A stretch of DNA of 64,000 bases from Phoronis australis (taxonomy: Eukaryota > Animalia > Phoronida). The notes under the pieces were generated by a model. It was not told the DNA's origin. It saw only the letters and a program-made list of their open reading frames with translations, and did not search any database. Each line of letters begins with the position of its first letter. Position 1 is the stretch's first letter. Positions 1 to 12,600 of the stretch are shown here, in pieces. Location of the stretch: NCBI GenBank assembly GCA_002633005.1, contig NMRA01000161.1:621990-685989 (forward strand), in the 5' to 3' direction. The position numbers and the translations under genes were made by a program.

Positions 1-512
1 GTTGAGGAGCCAGGCTTACAAATTGGCACAATGGACCTGAAGTTGAGTAGATCAAGTGACAAGGCTTACAGTTCCAGAGACAAGCTATTCACACAACCTT
101 GTATGTCAGCTGACAAAACGAAACAAAAGACGCAATTGCAAGCTGTATTACAAAGACTACTGATGATTAAACTCACCCAGGCTGTTTTGGGCTTATCAAT
201 ATGCTAACCCTGTGTTAGAAGTATAGTCTCAAGAAACGTTATCACAAACTTTTTGCTGCACACATCACACCATGAGAGATTCATATTCATATCGATCCCC
301 AGAGCCACTCTCAGTATCACAACATTTATTGGTCAGCCACCATGGTCACATTTAATGAGCGTAAAATGGCTGATAACATCACAGGATATACCACCTTTGT
401 TTGAACACAGCAACATAGGTTTGAGATGCAGTACTTTATATATTCGCCTGGCTTCAATAAACTTATGGAAGAAACTGAGATAATAATAGTAAACAGTCAA
501 GTGGGAGGCGTG

Positions 513-621
513 TCAACCATACCTGGGGCTGTGTGGCTTCGCTAAACGTGACATCCCTCTAGTGCTGTCTCCTGGTGGTGGGGTCAAACCATGCCTACGT
601 AATTCTTGTATTGTCCGCTCC
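513..621 (-). CDS. CEP135: CEP135 coding exon 23 (ends at TGA 513-515, or splices at donor 523|522)
   Basis: ERTIQELRRHGLTPPPGDSTRGMSRLAKPHSPR, then YG-stop on read-through; CAG|GTATGG donor also present. Confidence 0.85.
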
Positions 622-3600
622 CTGGCAGAAAATAACAAATAACGTTAGGACGATAAAATTATCAACTACGAAAGATACTTAACCACAGTTTTATGAGAAA
701 AACTAACATTCATGCTAAACAGCAAGTATCCAAAGCAGTCTGCCACTCGCCAAAAAATGGACAGGTGGTTGAAAAATGTAGTTGCACATTTTAAATAAAT
801 GTTCTACGTCACTATTCACAGAGATTTGTGTATTTGCAAATATTTTTCAATTCCAGCATACGCCTTTGAGGAAAGGCAAATTACGTAAACTGTTGTGTAA
901 GTCATCAAAATCCTTTCTATGTAATAGCCAATCCAGCCATACCTTTCAAAGCGTTCACCGGTAAGTTGGCGTCTCAGTCTATCAACATCAGACTCTAGTT
1001 CAACATTCCTGGACCGCAGTGTGGATATCTCCCGCTGTTGACTCTCCCTAACACAAAACATGTGAATGCGAAGATTCAAGCCACTGTAAACTGTGTTATG
1101 GTCTGGTGTCTAGTATTTGTACTCGAAATTGAACTTGAAATTATTTGCTACATTTTCCGGACTGCTTCAATACGAACTCAATTAAGTTTCTATCATTCTG
1201 TGCTTGAGTATATCATGGTTTATGCAGTCAAGTGTCTAGTAAAAGTTTTCACTTGATGGACCATGGATTTAGGCTACAAACTCTAGTATAAACCAAAAAA
1301 TTGCGAGTGAAAACAAGAATTAGACAGTCATCCACATAAACAATAACATGCTCGAGCAAAGAACCGTAGACACTCGATCTTGAGTTCCAACTAAAGTGGA
1401 ATGGAAAATGTCAAAAACAATTTCAAGTTTTGACTTAGAGTACAAAGATTAGACCACAGGCACAGTGTCAAAAACTACTAACATCCCAGCCCTATTTACT
1501 CTTCCAAAGCATTAAAGTGGACTTGTGTTCTTTTACTTAAATTTCAATTGATTGCAATGATATGCCTGAAATTCCCCCAACGACCACAGTTCCATGGTGG
1601 CTAAAACAAGCTTGCCTTGACAAGCAAACTTCATGAGCCAAGTGGGAAACAACAAACGCCTCTCAATTCTTGTTGAGCCAGTAGCTTATTTTTAATATGA
1701 GTAAACAAATTTTTTAAGGGCCTCAATTCAAACGATGGTTTTTTTGATAGAAGGCGTGTGTATATAAGCGCAATTACATGATACATTACAGAAAGGCGTG
1801 TTATATTTCAGGTTTTGGTGTTCAAAATTAATTTAAAATTCTGAAGAAACAACCGGTAATGTCCAAAAACACAACTTTCTGTTATTTTCACCAAAATCAC
1901 TACGGCTAAATCAACACTCATTCAATGCCATCCAGTTCCCCAACAGCTGAATAACAGCCCTCTTCACCAAAGTCTACCTACATCCTTTCATTCAATTTCA
2001 GCTTGTCACTCAACAGCTAAATCCCTAGCCCCGTACCAAGACCCAACCTGTCACCCTTACATTCAGCATAGACGTGTCTTTCAACCTACATTTTAGTCTC
2101 AAATCTGGTCAGCCTTTCCCCAACAATTACATCCCTGCCACCTTCACCCAAGCCCAACCCATAAAATTTTACTCTCACTAAGCAGCAGCCTGTCTATCAA
2201 CAGCAATATTCCCGCCACTTTCTCGAAACCCAACCCATAACCCTTACATTTTACTCTCATTCAGCGTCAGCCTGTCTCTCAGCAGCTGTATCTCCGCCCC
2301 TTTCTCCTGAGCTCCCAGCTGACTCTGGAACTCCTTCTCCCGGTTCTGTTGCAGCAGACTCTCCAGATTCCTCACTGACGCCCTCTCGCTGTTCATCTGG
2401 CTGCGCAGGATCTCAGCCTCGTGCTTGGCATCCTCCACCACATTTTGTAACTGAAACATTTTGCATATCAACATTACCGAAGAACGGCAGGAAAACTGCA
2501 ACAACAACCAAACTTTTGAAGGTCTTTTATAGCGATTCTACAAAAACTTTTCCCACCAATCAGTATTGCTAGCACAAATGATGTGCTACTAGACTGTGTG
2601 CATTCAAATGCCAGCATACTGTCGCATTATGTACTGTTACATTATGGATGCTTGTTGAGGCATTAGATAAGCACGGATATACTAAGAACACTATCCAGAT
2701 GATTTATTCAACATGGCCGAGACAGGAAGAAGTGAGAGAGCTCTCTGGTATAGGAAACATAATTTGAGCAAAGAGTCTAAAACAATGCTAAATAATACTA
2801 AGTTACAGTGAGATATCATGACACTACAACTCCAATGTGATCTCAGGACATCCAGTCCATCAAGTCTATAGCTTATAATAACAGGATTTGGAACGACCAA
2901 TGACACAAAAGAGGAAAATTTCCCAGGTGGTTTGTTGTACCACAAATAGGCTTGTGTGACAGAAATATTTTTTGTGTTGTAAAATTTAACTGAAATGAAC
3001 GTTTTTGCATGAATAAAGTCACGATGTTAAAAGAGACGAAAAAAGAGGAAACCAGAAATAAAATAAGAGGAAATAGAAACCAAAGCGGAAATCCTCTTAA
3101 AAGAAGAAAAATGCAAGCCCAGTAATAACTTATTTAGAGCGAAGACAAAGCATGAGGTAACTATGCCAGACTACCTTCGTTTGGTGGCTGCATTTGTTGT
3201 CAATACACTTATACCAGACCAACATCTGCATAAGTGCTGAATCATCCATGCAAACCAGTTTTTGAAAACAAAATACCAATGCAAAGTGGTTCATGACAAT
3301 TATTCAACACTCCAACACATGACTTGTGTGACTGATCCTTCTGTTCATTCATTGTTTATGAACACAGAAGTGATTCCATGATTGATACGGGTGACACAAC
3401 GATTGATACGGGTGACACAATGCTCAAGCGCTTAAAGCTACACTTTGCCCTGCTAGGCTGGATAAAAAACGATAACGGAATTAAACCTTTCACTGTCATA
3501 AGGTCAGTCTGATAATATTCCTGGTCTTGATAGGATTCCACTGATAGGAAGCAACAGGAGCATCAAACTCATCAACGACTTAAGAATTCCACTTCAGGCT

Positions 3601-6600
3601 TTATTAGGCTCAGCCAATCCTATAACTGCAAATGTGTGCATTGCCTGTGACTTGAGTTGGCAACGGATCCTATTACAGCCAGGAATATTACCAGGCCAAA
3701 CTTATGAAAGTAAAAGACTTCGTTTTTTTTAGCCAGCTAAACAGTGTTAAACGCAGCTTTCAGTGACATGTGTTCTTGATATTGACAGAACTCTACTCCA
3801 AAACCAATCAAGACCACAGTAATTGGTCAGACACGTTGACAAAAATCACCCAAGAACACACTTGCCCGCCTCTTACCTGTTCGTGCTCCAGCTCTTTAGT
3901 GCCCATCTGTCGCTGTAGTGTATCTTTGGCCACCTCTAGCTTGGTACACAGGTCTCTGGCCGCGGCCAGATCCTGCTGAACGTTCGCCCTTTCCTCCTCC
4001 ACCACACGCACATTGTCCTCCAGCTTGCTGACCGACCGCGTCAGCTGTGAAATCTGAGACTCATACGCCTGTTGTGCGTGAAGGTGCTACGGTAGAGAAC
4101 GGGAACCGTGTGAGCAAAGTTTGAATCAACGAAAACACCAATTCAGAGTTCAAGTGTGAACAAAAGCATTTACGACTTTGGAGTCATGTTATTGTCAGTG
4201 GACGCAACATTCAGACTTGTACACAAAATCCATTGTGTACACAGGGTTGTTGATGCGTTTCCCCAACACATTTCATGCAGTCTTCTTATGCCACTCCCTA
4301 CATTTCAATGGGTTGCACATTTTCCAGCCATTTGAGGACCCTATGCACTCCATTTTTCAGTCAAATTTGAGCTCTGATTTCCATCTACTAGACTCCACTG
4401 AAACATGCTTTGTTCTTTGGTGCTGTTATCACCGTGCCCGACACTGTTCACAATGTCACTCAAGTTTAGTAAAAAATTAAAAGAAGAACATGTGCTGGAA
4501 ATCATTGAGCAGCAATTGAATACTAAAAATGACAGAAAATGAGACAAGAAACAATTTGAAATGTTGAAATATCTTTACAAATCAATCTATACCTTAGTAT
4601 GGTAAGAATCAGATCAAAAGCCCCATTTTTGAGTTGTTCATCAGAATCTTAAACACTAATGGAGGCTGGATGTTAGACAAGTTCAGAGTGGTAAAAGCTA
4701 ATGAGTTTGTAAAGGATGACTCACCTCCCTAATTTCATGCTCCAGATTGTCTATCTTCTCCAGAAGTCGTCTGGTCTCAGACTCCCTGGTGGCCAACTCT
4801 AGACGTAAGCCAGACGTCTGACTCTCCAGTTGGTGAGTCTGTGTAGAATACTTTTCAGCTTCCAGTGTTAGAGAACGGTACTGGTTGAGCAAGTCGGTCC
4901 TTTCATCTTCCTGTTGAAGAGAAAACAGAATTTCAAACACTGAGCATTTGTCCTCATTCAACATAGTGCCACTCTTGTAGCAGACGTTTCGGCATTGAAC
5001 ATCAAAACAGTAATGTATGAAAAACCCAGCAGTATCACAACTTAAAATTTCCTCAACTACTCGAGATAAGCAGATAAGAAGTAACCCACAATAAGAGCAA
5101 CACAACTGACTCCAATCATTTGACCTCCGTGGTCTGTAAGAAAGATCCTACCTCCTTATTTAGCATGTTCAAGTAATGGATCAACAATAACACTTGAAGG
5201 CAAACTGACTTCGGCAAAAAAAAGCAAGATTGGTTAGACAGCAGAGTGTGGTTTACTTTGAACCCCGGTGTCCAATGAGCGATGCATCACCCAACTTCCT
5301 CCTTCCAACCCACCTTGGCCGCCAACAGTTCCTCCGTTCTCTTCACTTCCTGTATATAATCCTGCACCTGCTCCCGTAGTGCCTCTCTGTCATCAACGGT
5401 CTCCTGAAGATCCACGTTGAGGCTCTGAAATGAGCAAACACGTGTTAAGCGAATCGCGTTAAAGTTAAAAATAAACACAGTGGGGAATCTGCAAGATTTG
5501 GCAAGTGGAAACGTCAGGGAGAACTACTAATTATATTGAAAAAATTGACTAGCTGCCTGACTAAGCGTAATCCTGTGAATCTCAGATTACCTTACTTCAA
5601 AAGAGTTCTGCAGTGAAATGCACAAGCTAACATGTCGTGGAAATGTTAGTTTGAATAAGAGCACAAATGATGCTAGGCAAGCGGCCTCACTTAAGACAGA
5701 CAGCCACATTCAAGCTTACACAGTAATGGTTACCAAGAGACAAGGTCAGGGCTTGGAATGACCAATGACAAAAAAGCGGAAGTTTTTACGGCCCAAAACC
5801 TGCGCGCACCTAGCCTTGAAATGGTTGATGTGGACCTTTGAAAAAAAAACAGTACCACCTCCAGAAGCGTGCGTCTGCATCTTTTTAGCTCGTCCGTCCA
5901 CTCCCACCTTCACACATTTTTTGTTGCAGAGTCGTAGTATTTGTCACCGCGATTTACAATCACACGAGACGCCACTGAAGAAATCCACCACGCTATCCCA
6001 GATGCCCCGGCAATGTTGACAATTTACGTTCCTCCGAAACATAAAGAGCAACTTCCGCTTTTCGAGGTGAAATTCATCGGCAACGCCACGGTAAGAAAAA
6101 AATTTGCGCAGAAATTTTATATAAAATCCGATTTTTTTACGCGGAAATATAATAAAATACGCGGACAGAACATTTGAAAAAAGCGGAAATCCGCGTTTCC
6201 ACGGAAAATTCCATGCCTTGCAATATTCTCCAAGCTCAGAATTCAATGTTGAAAGAAATGACTTGCTCAACAAGCTATTCAATATTTTCTGACCAGTATG
6301 ATTTACATTTTACTCAAGAGTCTTTCTAGCTATTCGATTAACAGATAGCACAATTCAAGCTTGGAATTAAATTCCAAACTGTGATGCACAGTTAAGCATT
6401 CTCAACCATGAGGAAATTGAGCATTTACACAACAGCTGTCCATTCGCACCTGGTTTTCCTTGGTCATGACCCCGAGGTCGTCCTGAAGCCGCCGGTTCTC
6501 ACGCAAAGCCACCTCGCGGCCCCGCTGAGATTCTAAGAACTCCTCTTGTGCTTTCTCCAACTGACGTCGAAGGCTCACCAACTCACGGTCTTTGATTCGG

Positions 6601-9600
6601 TTCATCTCCCCTGAGTGCCTTATAACAGAAACAATACAATGTTAGGTAGTAACAACTTCGCTCAAGATTCATCTTCAAGACCTTTTTAAAGCAAAGTTAG
6701 GATATAAAGGAGACTAATCTGATGTAGTTTTCTAATATTTTAGATTTTCTAGAAATAATCAGGCTTGGAATGACCAATGACGAAAAATGCGGAAAGTTTT
6801 ACGGTTTTACGGCACAAAAGATGCGCGCTACCCGGCCCTCGAAATAGCCGATGTGGACCACGCTACCGCCTCCACAACCGTGCGTCTGCGTCTTTTCAGC
6901 TCGCCCGTCCACTCCCACCTCCACACATTTTTGGCTGCAGAGTCGTAGTTTTTGTCACCGCCGCTTTACAATAACACGAGACGCTATTGAAAAATCCACC
7001 ACGCTCTCCCAGATGCCCCGGCAATGTTGACAATTTACGTTCTTCCGAAACATAAAGAGCAACTTCCGCTTTTCGAGGTGAAAGTCGTCGGCAACGCAGC
7101 GGTAAGAAAGGAATTTGCCGCAGAAATTTTATATCAAATCTGTTTTTTTTACGCGGAAATATAATAAAATACGCTGACACAACACTTGAAAAAAGCGGAA
7201 ATCCGCATTTTCGCGGAAAATTCCAAGCCTTGAACAATCAAATTTTTATTTGAAAAGACTGATGCACCATGCACCAAGACGTAAGTACACAGTCATAGTA
7301 CATCACAGCCTGAAAAAATGTTAAGGGAACACTTCCTACCAGAAACTATTGTCAGGGCAAAAATACCATCACAGCACCTCATCAGTTCCTGTACATCATA
7401 CAGCTGACAAAGTAAAATAAAACAAAAACAAATTTAAACTTAATGAATGCAAATAAAATTCACTCACTCCAGTTGCCCTTCGGCCTCACCGATTTGAATC
7501 TTTAGTTCATCTATCAGCTTATCCTGCAACATGAAAAGTAGCACCAGTAATGCAACTGAGCACTGATTACAAGAGTTACCTCTCCGCCCCTTTATCATCA
7601 TAGCGTAGCCTCACAGTTATAATACTCAGCCCAACTACAGACAGCTTACTAGACACAACATGTCTGTGACCTGGGGCCCAAATCTAATCTCTGTAATCAA
7701 AATCGAACTCTACAATACTTTTGGCCTTTTCTGTTCCACTTCTGCATGAATGCAAGATAAGTGTTCATTAGTCTGTACTCGAGTAAGTTAAGATTTACGG
7801 ATACAAGTTTCTAGCCCACGCACATACTAGATGTCCCCTAGTTTCGAGCTACTAACTCGAGAAAAAACACAAAATTTGGAGTTCACACTCTTTATTTTAG
7901 CCGCCTAAATTCTGGGATAATCTAGTGCAAACTAGGATTACAAAGTTATCCATGTAAGTCATTAAGTACGTGAGCATAGAATGGACACTCGCCTTGAGTT
8001 TGCACAAAAGTAGAATAAAATCAACAAATCCAACACAACCGTTCCCCCGCCAATGCCCCTTACCCTGGCCACCAAATCCTCATCAGCGATCACGATCCGC
8101 TCTGTCTTTTCATCCACTGCAGCCTGCAGGGCGTCTTTCTCCCGATCCAGCGCACTGACCGTCGAACGCAGCTGTGAAATCTCATCGCGCAATTGCTGAC
8201 TCTCCATTTGCAACTCCTCTATGCGTGCCTGTAGCCGTTGGCAACGCTCATCTGTCGACAAGCAGTCAGCTTCCTTCCTCATCAGCCTCTGTTGTGTATC
8301 AGCTAAAGCCTTCTCAGCTTGTTCTGCCAATAATCTGGATGGAAAGTCACAAAGATTGTTGACCACAAACACTACAGTGGTGTTTGTCTTAACAGCATTT
8401 GATTTTAAGAAGGCTCTACACCAACTTCAAAGTTTAAGAAAATCAGAATCGTGCAAGAATTAATCGATACACTTCAGATATGTTTAAGGTCCAACTATGT
8501 TTAAGTGTATATCAATTCCTACACAAAATATTTCAGATGTTATTTACACAAAATGACCTCCGCATTAAGACTGGACTCTTGAGCACTACTACCAACCTCA
8601 TCTGAGTAGCCGTCGCTCTCTGTTGAGCACATTCGTCTCGTAGGTCATTATTCTGCGATGCCTGCTCCTTAAGCTGAATATCTAGGTCACTGTTGGCATC
8701 TTTCAGCGCCGTCACACGCGACACTAACTCCTCATTGTCACCTGCCACCTAGCCACATAAAGACATGACTTGTTTTACTATGTCTTCATGGTCTGATTTT
8801 TCTGTTTTGTAAAATTCAACAAATTCTTTCTTTATTTCAACATAAGAGCATAGAAATTTTCTTTCCACTGCGTTTATAGGCACAGCTCCATTTCACCGAT
8901 GACTCACTGCATGCTTTGTGTTAATTGTTTCTTAATACCCAAAAACGAACAGTGCCAACAACTGGTCTCGAACAAGTTCGCAGCAAACTGATTGGCGATC
9001 AAAATGTGGCCAAAATTGGTCTCGGGCAATGAATTTGATGGATCATATTCTGAATTTTTGGTAATTAAGAACTAAAAACACAAGAATTATTGTATATTCA
9101 ACTGAAATGTGTGAATTCTGCTCAAAAACTTTCCGTGAATTCAAAGCAGTCTGATTTTGTGAATACCGTTTCTCTAATTGTCTCTGGATTTTTGCCCATT
9201 CCTTCTGTTACTGTGTACAAATGTAAGAGAAGACGGGATGCTCATGTACCATCTATCATAAACTACGTTAATGATCAATAATCAAAACAGATTTAGACTT
9301 ACACACATCACACCATCTTCGTCAAAGTAATGTCAAAAAACCTGAAAATCAACACACGCTGCAAAACTGATGCATTCCATAAAGAGTACAACTTGAGTGT
9401 AGAACAACATACCTGTTTAGTATTCATTTCAAGATCTTCTATCCTTTGCTCTAGCCGAGCCCTGTCGGATATTTGTGTTTCTGTTGCTATCTGCAACCAA
9501 GACAACGATCAACAATGAAACAAAGTCAAGCCCTGTCTACCCAATTGCCGTACACAGCCATCATATACAACTAACCGGAATGTACAGGTGCTCCAACACA

Positions 9601-12600
9601 AATTTTTCAAGCTCAAGTCCTATACGAGTTGTTATTTGATAGCAACGTTTGATTTCACTCCAGTTTTTGTTCTTCAAGCCAGAAACACACTGCAATTGCC
9701 GCCTACAACTTCCTACGTGGCAACTGGAAGGTGTAGACAGAGTTTTACACATGTCTGGTGAAGATAAGGTTTTTAACAAAAAAAATGCATATGATTCTCA
9801 TTTTTTAGTGTTTCACTTTGTAAAATCGAATCGCTGATAATTGATTTTTCCTTATTGAAAAATAACATCTCAATCTTGCTACGCTAACCTTGAGCCGCTC
9901 TCGGAGCGTGTCACGCTCCGTTGTCATTCTCCGCAGGTCAGCAATGGCGTCGTCCCGTTCATTCTCCACACGTCTAAGTACTGCCTGCGCAGCTAGCGAG
10001 ACCTTGGGGGACTTTGGAGAACGCAGCACCTGGTGGCGAGTTCGCTGCAACTCGTCTTTAGTCTAAGTTTTAGGAAACCAGACAAAGATTACGCATTTGT
10101 TAGTTTTAACAATCAAAGCTACCATAAACCCGCATAAACAAACTTTTTGATTTATAAAACAACTCAGATCATTTCTTACTCCAGCTGTCTCAGGGAAGAA
10201 GCAATTTCTGGCCTTGGAAAGAGCTGATAGTTTGTTATTCGGAAACCCTGAGACAGGGGGGTGGGCGATCGCCAAAGTAGTACAGTGGGCGCTTCAACCG
10301 AAGATTAGCAAAATGTCAGGGATGGGCAATTATCCGGGCAGGGGTGTTAACCCGCAAGTTTACGGTACTTCCAACTATGCTGGGTGCATTAATAATTAAA
10401 TGCGAAATGACAAGCCAACTTATTGAGATTGATTCAAGCAATAACAAACCGTCACTTTTTCCATAGTTATGAAATCATCTGTAATTTGAGCAAGGAACAA
10501 CTCAAGATGGGTTTTATAATGACACTGTGATCTAAATAAAAATGTAATAAAAATGTACGGGGGTTTAAAAAAGCGTGACTCAGTATTTTAACCAAGCAAC
10601 CAGCCAATGACAAATCCGAAAATTGGAACTTATTCATTTTTTTCCAATTTTTGTGCAAAATTGATCAGAGATTACCATATCAAGAAATAAAGGACATTGC
10701 GATCAACTCAAAATGTGACAATTGGAGGCCACTAGTCAGACAAAAAGCAAAAACTGTCATACATAAAAACAATCATCGGTGCACTATTATGTAATTTTCA
10801 CATTATACTATGAAGACACGTTGCAAAAACTGACTTCTGCGGTCAGATTCACTGCAAAGAGCAACAGATAGAGGGAATTTTCACGCACACAAGGTTTTGA
10901 AATTTGGAACGACAAGACCTCAGAAAAAAGCTTTTCGCACCTGCAACAGCTGGAAGACAAAACAAGCACAATCGAGAAAAAGAAGACTACAGAAGCTATA
11001 TTTGGTAAGCACTACATAGCAACCGAGTAAAGCAAGCTCTAGTGAATGCATAACGATTAAAATCCTAACGAAGCAACAATGTAAGCACTAAAAGCCAGGG
11101 AAGCAAAAGGATGTTCCGCTGCGATAACAAAACGAGCACTACAAGCGAGGGTGGAAGCGTTTAGCTATCATCTAGAAGCCAAGTAACAACTAATTCAGGC
11201 TGGAACATTCGGAGCAAAGGGGACAAAGCAGAACGCGATGCAATTTGGGGGAAAGTGACACTGGTCTTAAGCTAAGACGAACGTAATCAAGAAATCAAAA
11301 AAGAAACCATTGCTAGCCAATGGGGAACTCACATCTTCGTACAGCAGGTTCAGTTTGTCTCGCTCAGACGTGAGAACCTTCACGTTAGTCTGTATCTAAG
11401 AAGAGAATGAAAATGTTACGCAATCTGGAAATAGTCCTGATTAGCAGATGAGTGTTAAATGTCATTAGTGAATAAACCTCAACCAAACCTGAAAACTACC
11501 TTACGGGACAAAATCGAAATTATTAACAGTGAAATGAGGCCAGACAGTAAAATATAATGTTAAAACTACGGAGAGTAAAATGGTGGCTTAATATTACTAT
11601 AGTGATGACTAAATTGTAACAAGGTTTGGCTCTAATAAATTAATGCAGCTAAGTAACTCACTTAGCTAGACATCTCTGTAAGTTCTCGTCAAATAAATGA
11701 AATCATTGCATGCAGCGAATGTGAAAACGCTAATTAATAACAAAATAGAATGCAGATTGTGGCAACGGTTGAAGTGTGCACGTAAGAATTGTGATTGTAC
11801 AGACGGTGACTATAAGAAGAAAACAATGAATCATCATCAACGCTTTGACACCTAGCTGGATGTTAGGCAGTGAAACTCACGTGATTAATCATCTTAGCCG
11901 CCACATGACCGCAAATGAGTTATTGCATTAGAAAGCTGCACAGGTTATTGAAAATCTATACTGACATTAATTTGTTGTTAGCAAAATGAAAAGTACGGTA
12001 CATGTTAACCTGAAAATTAACAATTGCAACATTCTATGAGAATGACAAAACTGAGCTTCTTGTAATTTTCCATGACAAACATCGGATTTAAGTAACCGTC
12101 TTTATTAGGGCCATGCTGGATTACACAGCGGTAGAACTCTCCTTTGTCACGGAGTTAAGAAAGCGTGTGACCTCGTTTTGTAAATCAGTCATATTTCCGT
12201 GTCTCTCACTGATGTCAGGAAGGCGAAAAATTTCAAATCACACATTCATGGGTATTTGTCCAGTTTATCAAACTTTCTCACGTCAGAGTTCTAGCCCACA
12301 ACACAGTAGTAATACTTTGTTGGCATTGGAAGGACGAATAGAGTAATGAAACTGAGAAAAACAAATAACATGCCAACTTCAATGGAACGAAAACGAGGCA
12401 GCAAATGTGCCTGACGACATTGTGGGTAAATACCGTGTAGTCGCTGTGTAACCCAGGATGGCCCTATTCTGGAGTTTTAGCACTGAGAACACTGTATCCC
12501 AAATCCCGATGCCATGGAGTAGTACAGCATTAAAGTGACAAATTCATTCTTACACATAGTGCAAAAAACCGAAAGAGTAAGTGGCCAATAATTCCAGTAG

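Noticed and set aside
5765-7237. Repeated ORFs (AWNFPRK…, MLTIYVPPKHKEQLPLFEV…), also at 14642-15149 and 57519-58105
   Set aside because: Chance frames within the non-coding MITE; frames and stops differ between copies and no transposase motif is visible.
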